From assembly GCA_045577775.1 (NCBI GenBank), contig JAZNIZ010000025.1, forward strand, positions 28,353 to 92,352: a stretch of 64,000 nucleotides of DNA, given 5' to 3'. The notes under the pieces were generated by a model that ran no database searches, was not told the DNA's origin, and was given only the letters and a program-made list of their open reading frames with translations. This document shows, one piece after another, positions 29,012 to 37,604 of the stretch (the stretch's first letter is position 1; each line of letters begins with the position of its first letter). The DNA comes from Akkermansia sp. GTDB lineage: Bacteria > Verrucomicrobiota > Verrucomicrobiia > Verrucomicrobiales > Akkermansiaceae. Position numbers and translations under genes: made by a program.

Positions 29012-31948
29012 ATGAACCATACACCTCTCATTAACTCAAAGCGAGCGATGATTCTTGCAGCCATTGCTGCCGCCTGCCCGATTACGCAGGCAAGCACGGC
29101 TGGATATATCACGACATCGACCGCTGCTGGAACCAGTCAGGTGGGACCCACCGCCGTGTATTCTGGTGACTCGCAAGATAGTATTAATGCTCGTGAGGCG
29201 GCACGCCGCAAGGCCAAGACCAGCGAGGCAATGGAACTGCTGCAGCAGGGGCGCACCTGCTACAACCAGAAGCAGTACATACAGGCTCTCGAGAAATATG
29301 AAGCCGCCTGGAAGATTGTTCCCAAGGCTCCCGCTACTCAGAAACTCCAGGAGTTCCTGGTGGAGAGCATAGGCGATGCCTCTATTGCCACGGCTATGGA
29401 ATACTCTCGCGTTGGTCGCTATGACGAGGCTGAGCAGCTTCTGCTGGATGTGCTGGAGCGCGATCCCAACAACAAGCGTGCTCGTCGCGATCTGGGGCTC
29501 CTGCGTGACCCCGTGCGCAATAATCCTGCGCTGACTCCTGAACATGTTAAGAATGTAGATGAGGTTGCCCGCCTGCTGACCCTGGCATATGGTTATCTTG
29601 ACCTGGGTAATTATGATGCGGCATACACTGAATTCAATCGTGTTATCAAGATTGACCCGTACAACATTGCAGCCCGCCGCGGGCAGGAAGCTATCAGCAA
29701 GCGCCGCATCAAGTATTATCGCGCAGCATACGATTCTTTCCGTGCCAAGGCTCTTGCTCAGGTGGACTCCCTCTGGGAAGAACAGCTTCCCCAGACTCTG
29801 CCCACCATGCAGGCGAGTGCTTCTGAGGCTGTTGTGGCATCCGAAGGTATTCTTCGCAACCGCGAGAATCTTGTCAACCTGAAGCTCGACCATGTGCTGT
29901 GGGAAGGCCAGACTATTGAGGATTGCCTTGATGACCTGCGCCGCAGAGCTAAGGACAGCGGCATGCCCATGAACTTTATCTTTGAACGCGCCCGCCAGCA
30001 GCCTGCTGCTCCGGTTGCCTCAGATGAGGAGGAAGACGGTGAGGAGGAAGAAGACGGCGAGGAGGAGGAAGACGGTGAGGAGGAAGATGATTCCGCTTCC
30101 GCCGCCCCTACGGCCGTGGTGCAGAATACCTCTACCGATGTCGTTGATAAACTTGATTTGCGTGATGTGACCGCTGCAGACGTACTGCGTTACCTTTGCT
30201 CCAAGACCGGATGTGAGTTCCGTGTGGAAGATAAGGCCGTGGTTGTGTCTCAGAATGGTGCCGGTACCGGAAATCTGGTGCGCCGTCAGTGGATTGTGCG
30301 TCCGTCCTTCTTCCAGCAGGGCGGGGCAGATGAAGAAGCCGCAGACGAGGAAGATGGAGATTTTGTGAGCTCTCGCCGTACTAATAAGGTTGATGCCAAG
30401 GCTGTCCTTATTGAAATGGGTGTAAACTTCCCCCGCAATGCTACTGCCAAGTATGCTCCTGGTATTCAGACCCTCACCGTGGTGAACACTGAGGAAGAGC
30501 TTGAATCTGTAGAGGAAGCTATCAACCAGTTCCGCCAGACTATGCCGCGCATGGTGAAGGTGTCTGCCAAGTTCGTGGAAATTTCTCAGACCAATGAAGA
30601 AGAGCTTTCCTTTGACTGGGTGGTCAACCCCTTCGGTGTCGGCGGTATTGCTGGCCGTGGTGAAACTTTCCTCGGTGGTGTGGGTGCAGCCAGCTCTGAC
30701 CCCATGCGCTTCTGGGATGACTTCGTGAACCAGACTACCGGTGGTCTGAATGCTGACCGTGCAGACTGGCCGATTGGTAAGCCCATCAATGTGGAACGCC
30801 AGAACCAGACCATTCAGAACGTGCTGGGTAACGGTCTTGCCTCTGGTGGCCTTCGCTCCGGTTCCGGTGCCATTACCACTGGTGCATTGGAAAACCTGAT
30901 TCGCTCTGGTTCGGCCGGTGCTGCCACCACCACTACGGTTGCTCCCGGTATCATGTCTATGTCCGGCATCTATGACCGTGGTTCCTACCAGGCGCTGATG
31001 CGTGGCCTTTCCCAGAAGAAGGGCGTTGACGTGATGTCTGCACCGAGCCTTGTAATCAGCGGTCTTGATGAGATGGCGTTCACTCCGGAGCCCGATCCTC
31101 TTTCTAACTATCGTGATACGGAAGAGGGCTGCGCCAAGATTGAAGTGATTCGCCGCTTCGTGTACCCGACCGAGTATGATCCGCCCCAGATTCCGGATGA
31201 GGTGCCTGATCCTCCCCGTGAAGAAGGTGCCGCTGTGGCCATGCCGGTTGCCGCTCCGGCCAACCCCTCTGCCTGGGGCGTGGAGGAAGTGGGTGTGATG
31301 CTGCGCTTCCGCATTGAGTCTCTCAACGAGGGCGAAGGTGACGTTGTCCGCTTCAACCGTTTCGAGATTCGCGTGGTTGACTTCGAAGGCTTCGTGAACT
31401 ATGGTTCCCCGATTCTGACCGCTGTTGTGAGCGGTACAGCTGGTGCTGATGCCGCGATCGGGGGTGGTGATGAAGCCAACTGGCTGACTGCTGATCTTAA
31501 CTTCGAGAAGTTCTACGGCTGGACCGATGATATGAAGAATACTTTCCTGTCCCTTCTCGGTGCTGGTGCCGTCTCTGGTGACCACAAGGTACAGCAGGTG
31601 ATTCTGACGGAAAACCGCATCGACGTGCCTATCTTCAGCCGCCGTTACATCAACTCCAACCCCTGCGTGTATGATGGTCACACCATCGCCATCGGTGGTA
31701 TGATTCAGGACGAAGTGCAGAAGGTAGAGGATAAGATTCCTGTATTCGGTGATCTTCCCTTCGTGGGACGTCTGTTCCGCAGTGAGGCTGAAAGCCACAT
31801 CCGCAAGAACCTGATGGTATTCGTTACTGCCGATATTATCGACCCGTTCGGTAAGCCGCTCCGCGAACGTGACGCCGGTACAACAACTGCTCCCGCAGCA
31901 GGTACGGTTCCCGGTCTCTTCCCGGATGACGCCTTGGTGAATCCGTAA
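29012..31948 (+). CDS. Secretin (PilQ/GspD family) with N-terminal TPRs (Amuc_1098-like)
   Basis: TPR helices, N-domain, VSAKFVEI, DVMSAPSL, EEVGVML and secretin C-terminus DGHTIAIGGMI...KIPVFGDLPFVGRLFRS...KNLMVFVT. Confidence 0.92.
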   Translation: MNHTPLINSKRAMILAAIAAACPITQASTAGYITTSTAAGTSQVGPTAVYSGDSQDSINAREAARRKAKTSEAMELLQQGRTCYNQKQYIQALEKYEAAWKIVPKAPATQKLQEFLVESIGDASIATAMEYSRVGRYDEAEQLLLDVLERDPNNKRARRDLGLLRDPVRNNPALTPEHVKNVDEVARLLTLAYGYLDLGNYDAAYTEFNRVIKIDPYNIAARRGQEAISKRRIKYYRAAYDSFRAKALAQVDSLWEEQLPQTLPTMQASASEAVVASEGILRNRENLVNLKLDHVLWEGQTIEDCLDDLRRRAKDSGMPMNFIFERARQQPAAPVASDEEEDGEEEEDGEEEEDGEEEDDSASAAPTAVVQNTSTDVVDKLDLRDVTAADVLRYLCSKTGCEFRVEDKAVVVSQNGAGTGNLVRRQWIVRPSFFQQGGADEEAADEEDGDFVSSRRTNKVDAKAVLIEMGVNFPRNATAKYAPGIQTLTVVNTEEELESVEEAINQFRQTMPRMVKVSAKFVEISQTNEEELSFDWVVNPFGVGGIAGRGETFLGGVGAASSDPMRFWDDFVNQTTGGLNADRADWPIGKPINVERQNQTIQNVLGNGLASGGLRSGSGAITTGALENLIRSGSAGAATTTTVAPGIMSMSGIYDRGSYQALMRGLSQKKGVDVMSAPSLVISGLDEMAFTPEPDPLSNYRDTEEGCAKIEVIRRFVYPTEYDPPQIPDEVPDPPREEGAAVAMPVAAPANPSAWGVEEVGVMLRFRIESLNEGEGDVVRFNRFEIRVVDFEGFVNYGSPILTAVVSGTAGADAAIGGGDEANWLTADLNFEKFYGWTDDMKNTFLSLLGAGAVSGDHKVQQVILTENRIDVPIFSRRYINSNPCVYDGHTIAIGGMIQDEVQKVEDKIPVFGDLPFVGRLFRSEAESHIRKNLMVFVTADIIDPFGKPLRERDAGTTTAPAAGTVPGLFPDDALVNP
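30023..30091 (+). repeat. Degenerate 15/18-nt tandem repeat encoding DEEEDGEEEEDGEEEEDGEEEDD
   Basis: GAG-GAG-(GAR)-GAA-GAC-GGY units repeated within the secretin gene. Confidence 0.8.
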
Positions 31949-31972
31949 TTAATTCGGTTCAATGGTAATTTT

Positions 31973-31999
31973 GCCCGGCTCTGTACTCCAGAGCCGGGC
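31973..31999. terminator. Hairpin after the secretin gene, possibly bidirectional
   Basis: GCCCGGCTCT / AGAGCCGGGC stem with T-rich sequence on both sides. Confidence 0.7.
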
Positions 32000-32012
32000 G
32001 ATTTTATTTCTG

Positions 32013-32251
32013 CCCCCATCGGGACCGTGGGACTGTTGGTGACACTGTGTTGCCCTAGAGTAAAGCCGCTGAGCGGCGCAACCCTGGACTGCCCCACCCA
32101 GACAGCCCGGAACCCCGGCTGCAAGAGAGTGGGTGGCACAGGGGTACCTGGCGGTTTATCGTGAACAAATCTCATAACCATTGCTTTTATTTCGTCTGCC
32201 GATTCTGGTGAGTGTGAGCATTCAGCAAATCGGAAACATCCCCGATAAGGG
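32013..32251 (-). ncRNA. Candidate structured non-coding RNA (unassigned; possibly 6S-like)
   Basis: 12-bp closing helix CCCTTATCGGGG / TCCCGATGGGGG that pairs fully (three G-U pairs) only on the - strand; long irregular internal hairpin at 32061-32159; no credible ORF. Confidence 0.4.
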
Positions 32252-32376
32252 AAGCCTGCCCGGGGAGATAATGAGATGAATTCTCTAAAAAAATAAAAAA
32301 ATGAAAAGATTTTGCTTGCCAAGCGCGTGTTGGTGTGATAAATTGTCGTCGCGCCGGGTAACCGGGGCAAAGAAAA

Positions 32377-32449
32377 GTCTGGATCGTCTAGAGGCCTAGG
32401 ACTCGCGCCTTTCACGCGCGCAACACGGGTTCGAATCCCGTTCCAGATG
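32377..32449 (+). tRNA. tRNA-Glu(TTC)
   Basis: GTCTGGA / TCCAGAT acceptor stem, anticodon arm CGCGC-CT-TTC-AC-GCGCG, GGGTTCGAATCCC; no encoded CCA. Confidence 0.95.
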
Positions 32450-32451
32450 TG

Positions 32452-32484
32452 AAACGGTTCCTCCGCAAGGTGGAACCGTTTTTT
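32452..32484 (+). terminator. Terminator after tRNA-Glu
   Basis: AAACGGTTCC / GGAACCGTTT stem followed by a T run. Confidence 0.7.
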
Positions 32485-32499
32485 GTATTCTGTATCGCT

Positions 32500-33879
32500 A
32501 TGGCTGGAATTGTTTCAAAGTTGGTAGATTATCGTGAGTTTAAGCGTCTGCTGGTACTGATGTTGCCGTTGTATGCCGCGAATTTGCTTAATATGGGCAT
32601 GGGTGTGGTAGATACTATAGTGGCAGGAAAGGCCGGGGCGGAGCAATTGGCCGGTGTGGCGTTGGGAACTTCGGTGACGGTACCAATCATGGTGGCGGTG
32701 GGGGCGGTGCTGACCATTGTCGGGCCTATGATATCGCGCTTGCGAGGAGCTGGGTGTGAGGGTAAGGTGGGGCTTCTGCTGAACAATGCAAAATTGCTAT
32801 CGCTGCTGCTCATGGCAGTGGAGGTGCTGGCGCTGTTTGCCGGGGTGCATGTGTTTGCGCTGGTGTCGGACGATGTGGTCATGGTGGAGGTGGCGCAGAA
32901 TTATCTCTACTTCCTGGTGCTGGCGGTGCCTGCCAGTGTGATGATGCGTGCGCTTCAGGGGCATTTCGAGGGGTATGGGCACACGCGTCCTGCTATGCTG
33001 ATTTCCCTGGTGGGGCTGCTACTGAACATTCCCCTTAATTATATATTTGTATTTGGCTGGGGGCCAGTGCCTGCCATGGGTGGCGCGGGCTGCGGCCTGA
33101 CCACGGCGTTGATTCACTATCTGATGGCGGCGGCCTTGTTGCTGCTCATGGCGATGTACCCGCGCTACCGGCGCAATATGGTGCATATGTGGGCTAATCG
33201 CAAGCCGGAGTGGGGCGTGGTGCGCGATATTTTTGCCAAGGGCTTGCCGCTCGGTGTGGCTTCGCTCTGTGAAATGACCTTCTTCTGTGTGGTTACGCTG
33301 GTAATTGCCCCGCTCGGTGCGCTGGCTGTGGGGGCTCACCAGATTGCCATCAATGTATCGGCGATTCTGTTCATGTTCCCGCTGTCGCTGAGTATTGCGT
33401 CCTCTATTCGCTCGGCATACCACGTAGGCGCGCGAGATAAGGAAAGGTTTGACGCATTGTTGCGCACGAGCATAGCCTTCATGCTCGTGGTGGTTATCGC
33501 CTCCGCGGCTCTGACTATCCTGCTCCGGCGTGATATTATCGCCCTGTATACGGATGATGTTTCCATTATTGATACTGCGGCGGCGCTGCTCTGCGTGTGT
33601 GCGGTCTATCAGCTTTCGGATGCGTTGCAGGCTCTTATGTGCGGGTTGCTTCGTGGTTGCCATGATACACAGGCTATTACCTGGGTCAATATGTTCTCAT
33701 ACTGGGTTGTTGGTTTTCCTCTGGCTTGTGTGCTTATCCGCACCGATTATCTTGTACCTGCGCTTGGACCCATGGGCGCCTGGATTAGTTTTGTGGTGGC
33801 CCTTACTATCACGGCGGGGTTGCTCAGCTGGCGGTTTGTGCATGCTCGCAGGCGCGTTTTTGAAAAAAATGCAGGGTAG
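32500..33879 (+). CDS. MATE-family efflux transporter (NorM-like)
   Basis: About 12 TM segments; VDTIVAG, NIPLNYIF, GGAGCGLTT and GLPLG...EMTFF; start moved to ATG 32500, past the tRNA terminator. Confidence 0.92.
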   Translation: MAGIVSKLVDYREFKRLLVLMLPLYAANLLNMGMGVVDTIVAGKAGAEQLAGVALGTSVTVPIMVAVGAVLTIVGPMISRLRGAGCEGKVGLLLNNAKLLSLLLMAVEVLALFAGVHVFALVSDDVVMVEVAQNYLYFLVLAVPASVMMRALQGHFEGYGHTRPAMLISLVGLLLNIPLNYIFVFGWGPVPAMGGAGCGLTTALIHYLMAAALLLLMAMYPRYRRNMVHMWANRKPEWGVVRDIFAKGLPLGVASLCEMTFFCVVTLVIAPLGALAVGAHQIAINVSAILFMFPLSLSIASSIRSAYHVGARDKERFDALLRTSIAFMLVVVIASAALTILLRRDIIALYTDDVSIIDTAAALLCVCAVYQLSDALQALMCGLLRGCHDTQAITWVNMFSYWVVGFPLACVLIRTDYLVPALGPMGAWISFVVALTITAGLLSWRFVHARRRVFEKNAG

Positions 33880-33903
33880 GGGAGAAAAGTCGCGTTATTT
33901 TGC

Positions 33904-33932
33904 TTGACGCGTGGCAAGGAAGAGCGTATAGT
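33904..33932 (+). promoter_or_regulatory. Sigma70-type promoter of the rplX-led operon
   Basis: TTGACG-17 nt-TATAGT. Confidence 0.75.
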
Positions 33933-33991
33933 GGGTGCCCCGCACTACAGGTGTAGTGTGGCCTGAACCCATACAAAGAAAAACACAAACG

Positions 33992-34216
33992 ATGAAGACC
34001 CACGTGAAGAAAGGTGATAACGTAGAAGTTATCGCTGGCAAGAACAAGGGCAAGCGAGGTGTTGTTCTTTCCGTGAATGCCAAGAAGCAGACCGTGACGG
34101 TGGAGGGTGTCCGCATCCTCAAGAAGGCTACCAAGCCCACCGAAGCTGACCCTGAAGGCGGCATCAAGGAAATCGACGGCGCCATCCACATCTCCAATGT
34201 GAAGAAAGTGAGCTGA
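33992..34216 (+). CDS. rplX: 50S ribosomal protein L24
   Basis: [19 protein letters not shown]...IHISNV; start at ATG 33992. Confidence 0.97.
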   Translation: MKTHVKKGDNVEVIAGKNKGKRGVVLSVNAKKQTVTVEGVRILKKATKPTEADPEGGIKEIDGAIHISNVKKVS

Positions 34217-34289
34217 TGCCGAAAGGCTGAATCTCCGCGCTTAAGCCATCACTAAACCAACTATTAACAAGAGCTGACCCGCTAATATT

Positions 34290-34862
34290 ATGAGCACACC
34301 TACATTGCTTACATACTACAAGGAGAAGGTCACCAAGGCCCTCCAGGCGAAGCACAACTATGCCAACGTGCATCAGATTCCCCGTCTTGAAAAGATTGTG
34401 GTGACCACGTGCATGGGCAAGCACCCCGACCGCAAGCAGGCTGTTGAGGATGCTGTTGCTGAAATCGCCAAAATCACCGGCCAGAAGCCGGCTATGACCT
34501 ACGCCCGCAAGAGCGTGGCTAACTTCAAACTCCGCGAGGGTGAAGTCCTCGGCGCCCGTGTGACGCTGCGTTCCACCCAGATGTGGGAGTTCCTCGATCG
34601 CTTCATCAACATTACCGCCCCCAACATCCGCGACTTCCGTGGCCTGCCCACCAAGTCCTTTGACGGCCGCGGTAACTATGCCATCGGTATTCCGGACCAG
34701 TCCATCTTCCCTGAAATTGAGCTGGACCAGATCAAGCGTAATATCGGTTTCGACATCATCTTCGTGACTACCGCCAACACGGACGAAGAGGGTCGCGACC
34801 TGCTTGCTGAGCTGGGTATCCCCTTCCGCAAGCCCACCAAGAAGACTGAAGAAAACGCCTAA
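34290..34862 (+). CDS. rplE: 50S ribosomal protein L5
   Basis: ITGQKP, RKSVANFKLREG, RDFRG and FDGRGNY. Confidence 0.98.
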   Translation: MSTPTLLTYYKEKVTKALQAKHNYANVHQIPRLEKIVVTTCMGKHPDRKQAVEDAVAEIAKITGQKPAMTYARKSVANFKLREGEVLGARVTLRSTQMWEFLDRFINITAPNIRDFRGLPTKSFDGRGNYAIGIPDQSIFPEIELDQIKRNIGFDIIFVTTANTDEEGRDLLAELGIPFRKPTKKTEENA

Positions 34863-34875
34863 CTAAATTACGATT

Positions 34876-35277
34876 ATGGCAGTATTAAGTGATCCTATCG
34901 CAGATTTCCTTACCCGCGTGAAGAACGCCGGTGCCGCCCGCAACGAGGGTTTCACCGCTCCTTACTCCGGTATCAAGGCTGAAATCGCCCGCATCCTGCA
35001 GGCTGAAGGCTACATCTGGAGCTACGAAATCGTTGGTGAAGGCAAGGACAAAGCCATCAAGGTGAAGTCCAAGTTCACGAACGAGGGTAAGTCCATTATT
35101 ACAGACGTGAAGCGCGTGTCCAAGCCGGGCCGTCGCGTGTACGTTCCCTCCGCCGAGATTCCGACCGTCATGAACGGTCTGGGTATCTCTATCGTTTCCA
35201 CCTCTCGCGGCATGATGACGGGCGCTCAGGCTCGCAAGCAGCAGATTGGTGGCGAGCTTATCGCTCTCGTATGGTAA
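34876..35277 (+). CDS. rpsH: 30S ribosomal protein S8
   Basis: DPIADFLTR, SKPGRRVY, GLGISIVSTSRG and GGELIA. Confidence 0.98.
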   Translation: MAVLSDPIADFLTRVKNAGAARNEGFTAPYSGIKAEIARILQAEGYIWSYEIVGEGKDKAIKVKSKFTNEGKSIITDVKRVSKPGRRVYVPSAEIPTVMNGLGISIVSTSRGMMTGAQARKQQIGGELIALVW

Positions 35278-35304
35278 CACTAACCCCTGACCTGATATAA
35301 GAAT

Positions 35305-35844
35305 ATGTCTCGAGTAGGTAAAAAGACAATCACCGTTCCCGCCGGCGTGACCGTGACGATCAACGGTGCTGATGTTACCGTAAAGGGTGCTAAGGGTGAG
35401 CTGAAGTGGACGATGCCCGCCGGTATCTCCGCCGCTCAGGAAGGCGACGTGCTGACCGTTTCCCGCGCTAGCGAGGACCGCCAGGTGCGCGCACTGCACG
35501 GCACCAGCCGTTCCCTCATCGCTAACATGATTGAGGGTGTGTCCAAGGGCTTCGAAAAGAAGCTTGAAATCGTAGGTGTGGGTCTGAAGGCCGCTGTGAA
35601 GGGCAATGTGCTCGACCTGGCTCTTGGTAAGTCCCACCCCATCCTTCACCCCATCCCCGCCGGTCTTACCGTAACGGTAGCCGACAACACCAAGGTGACG
35701 GTGGCAGGTATCGACAAGCAGCTTGTCGGTCAGTTCGCAGCAGAAGTGCGCGGTTACTATCCCCCCGAGCCGTACAAGGGCAAGGGTGTCCACTACGTGG
35801 GCGAGTACATCCGCCGCAAGGAAGGCAAGAGCGTTGGCAAGTAA
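35305..35844 (+). CDS. rplF: 50S ribosomal protein L6
   Basis: MSRVGKK and PEPYKGKGV. Confidence 0.98.
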   Translation: MSRVGKKTITVPAGVTVTINGADVTVKGAKGELKWTMPAGISAAQEGDVLTVSRASEDRQVRALHGTSRSLIANMIEGVSKGFEKKLEIVGVGLKAAVKGNVLDLALGKSHPILHPIPAGLTVTVADNTKVTVAGIDKQLVGQFAAEVRGYYPPEPYKGKGVHYVGEYIRRKEGKSVGK

Positions 35845-35885
35845 TCATTATCATCTCAAACCCTTTAAAAGTTTATTAGAAGAAT

Positions 35886-36236
35886 ATGAGCACTATCAAT
35901 CGCAAAGCCATCCGTTCCCGCGTTCATATGCGTATCCGCAAGAAACTTGCCGGTACGCCTGAGCGTCCCCGTCTGGCTGTCAATTTCTCTAACCAGCACG
36001 TTTATGCCCAGGTGATTGATGACACCAAGGGTGTGACCCTCTGCAGCGCCTGCACCAAGCAGCTGGAGCTGAAGAAGGCCAATCTGGAAACCGCCGCCAA
36101 GGTGGGCGCCCTGATTGGTGAGCGCGCGCTGGCCGCTGGCATCACTGAGGTTGTGTTTGACCGCGGTGGTTTCCTCTACCACGGGAAGGTTAAGGCTCTG
36201 GCCGATGCCGCTCGTGAGGCTGGTCTGAAATTCTAA
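35886..36236 (+). CDS. rplR: 50S ribosomal protein L18
   Basis: [35 protein letters not shown]. Confidence 0.98.
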   Translation: MSTINRKAIRSRVHMRIRKKLAGTPERPRLAVNFSNQHVYAQVIDDTKGVTLCSACTKQLELKKANLETAAKVGALIGERALAAGITEVVFDRGGFLYHGKVKALADAAREAGLKF

Positions 36237-36256
36237 AGAAGAAAGGTTTATAGAAA

Positions 36257-36892
36257 ATGAACACTGAAGAAACGAAAGCTCCGGCCGAAGAGACGACGCA
36301 GGCAGCCGCCCCGCAGCAGCGTGGTGGTCGCGCTCCCCGTCGCGATGGCAACCGTCCTGGCCGCGGCCCGCGCCGTGAGGGTGGTCGCCGCACCGAGACT
36401 CCGGTTGAGGAAGGTCCTCAGCTCATGGAGAAGGTTGTGTACGTGAACCGTTGCGCCAAGGTTGTTAAGGGTGGCCGCCGCTTCTCCTTCTCCGCCCTCA
36501 TCGTTGTGGGTGACCAGAAGGGCAAGGTTGGCTACGGCTTCGGCAAGGCCAACGAAGTGTCCGACGCTATCCGCAAGGGTACCGACGCTGCCAAGCGTGC
36601 CATGAAGAAAGTAGTCGTGGTGAACGACACCATCCCGCACGAATCCTACAGCGAATTCGGTGGCGCCAAGATTGTTCTCAAGCCCGCTGCCTCCGGTACC
36701 GGTCTTGTGGCCAGCGCCAAGGTACGTTCCGTGCTCGAGGCTGCCGGCGTGAGCAACGTCATCGCCAAGTCTCTGGGTTCCTCCAACGCTGCTAACGTGG
36801 TGAAGGCCACCATGCAGGCCATGCTGGGCATGCGCACTGCTGACCAGGTGCTTTCCGCCCGCGGCAAGAAGAAGAAGGACGCCTCCATCTGA
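36257..36892 (+). CDS. rpsE: 30S ribosomal protein S5
   Basis: [24 protein letters not shown] and PA..GTG. Confidence 0.98.
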   Translation: MNTEETKAPAEETTQAAAPQQRGGRAPRRDGNRPGRGPRREGGRRTETPVEEGPQLMEKVVYVNRCAKVVKGGRRFSFSALIVVGDQKGKVGYGFGKANEVSDAIRKGTDAAKRAMKKVVVVNDTIPHESYSEFGGAKIVLKPAASGTGLVASAKVRSVLEAAGVSNVIAKSLGSSNAANVVKATMQAMLGMRTADQVLSARGKKKKDASI

Positions 36893-36924
36893 GTTAAACC
36901 ACCAACCATAGATATTCAAGAATC

Positions 36925-37383
36925 ATGTTGACTCTCGACAATCTCCAGCCGAACCCGGGTGCCAAGCATCGCAAGAAGCGCCTCGGTTGCGGCGAAAGCT
37001 CCGGCCTGGGCAAGACCTGCGGCAAGGGCAACAAGGGCCAGAAGGCTCGTTCCGGTGGCACCATCCGCCCCGGCTTCGAAGGTGGTCAGATGCCCCTTCA
37101 TCGTCGTCTGCCGAAGAAGGGCTTCAACAACGCCCGCTTCCAGTCCACCATCGCTATTGTCAACCTGAACCAGCTCGAAGCATTCTTCGAAGCCGGTGCC
37201 ACGGTGACCGAGAACGAACTGCGCGCTATGGGCCTTGTGAAGGGCCAGGCCGATGCTGTGAAGCTCCTGGGCAATGGCAACCTTTCCAAGGCTCTGAACG
37301 TGACCGTCGATTTCGCCAGCGCTTCTGTTGCTGCCAAGATCGAGGCCGCCGGTGGCACCCTCACGGTGCTCAGCGCCCAGTAA
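36925..37383 (+). CDS. rplO: 50S ribosomal protein L15
   Basis: GKTCGKGNKGQKARSG and GFEGGQMPLHRRLPK. Confidence 0.98.
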   Translation: MLTLDNLQPNPGAKHRKKRLGCGESSGLGKTCGKGNKGQKARSGGTIRPGFEGGQMPLHRRLPKKGFNNARFQSTIAIVNLNQLEAFFEAGATVTENELRAMGLVKGQADAVKLLGNGNLSKALNVTVDFASASVAAKIEAAGGTLTVLSAQ

Positions 37384-37604
37384 AGGATTCAGGCTCAGCT
37401 GCTGAGCCTTTGCAAAACCTTAACACAGAGCCGGGCAGCGCAGCGCTGCCCGGCGACTGTGTAAGAGGGAAGAGAGAATGGAAAAATATTCCTTGCTTCT
37501 TGAGCCTCAATACAGTGCGGAATGAAATAGCTGCATGCCGGGCTGCCGCACCACCTACGCTGCACATCAGACTTCTAACAACATCTTAACATCACCAGAA
37601 AACC

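Noticed and set aside
32013-32270. tmRNA, RNase P RNA, SRP RNA, cobalamin riboswitch or T-box
   Set aside because: The signature motifs are missing: no GGATTCGAC or T-arm, no GAGGAAAGTCC, no GGAAGGAAGCAGC. Only short partial matches occur (GGACTGCCCC, GGGTGGCAC), and there is no suitably placed downstream gene.
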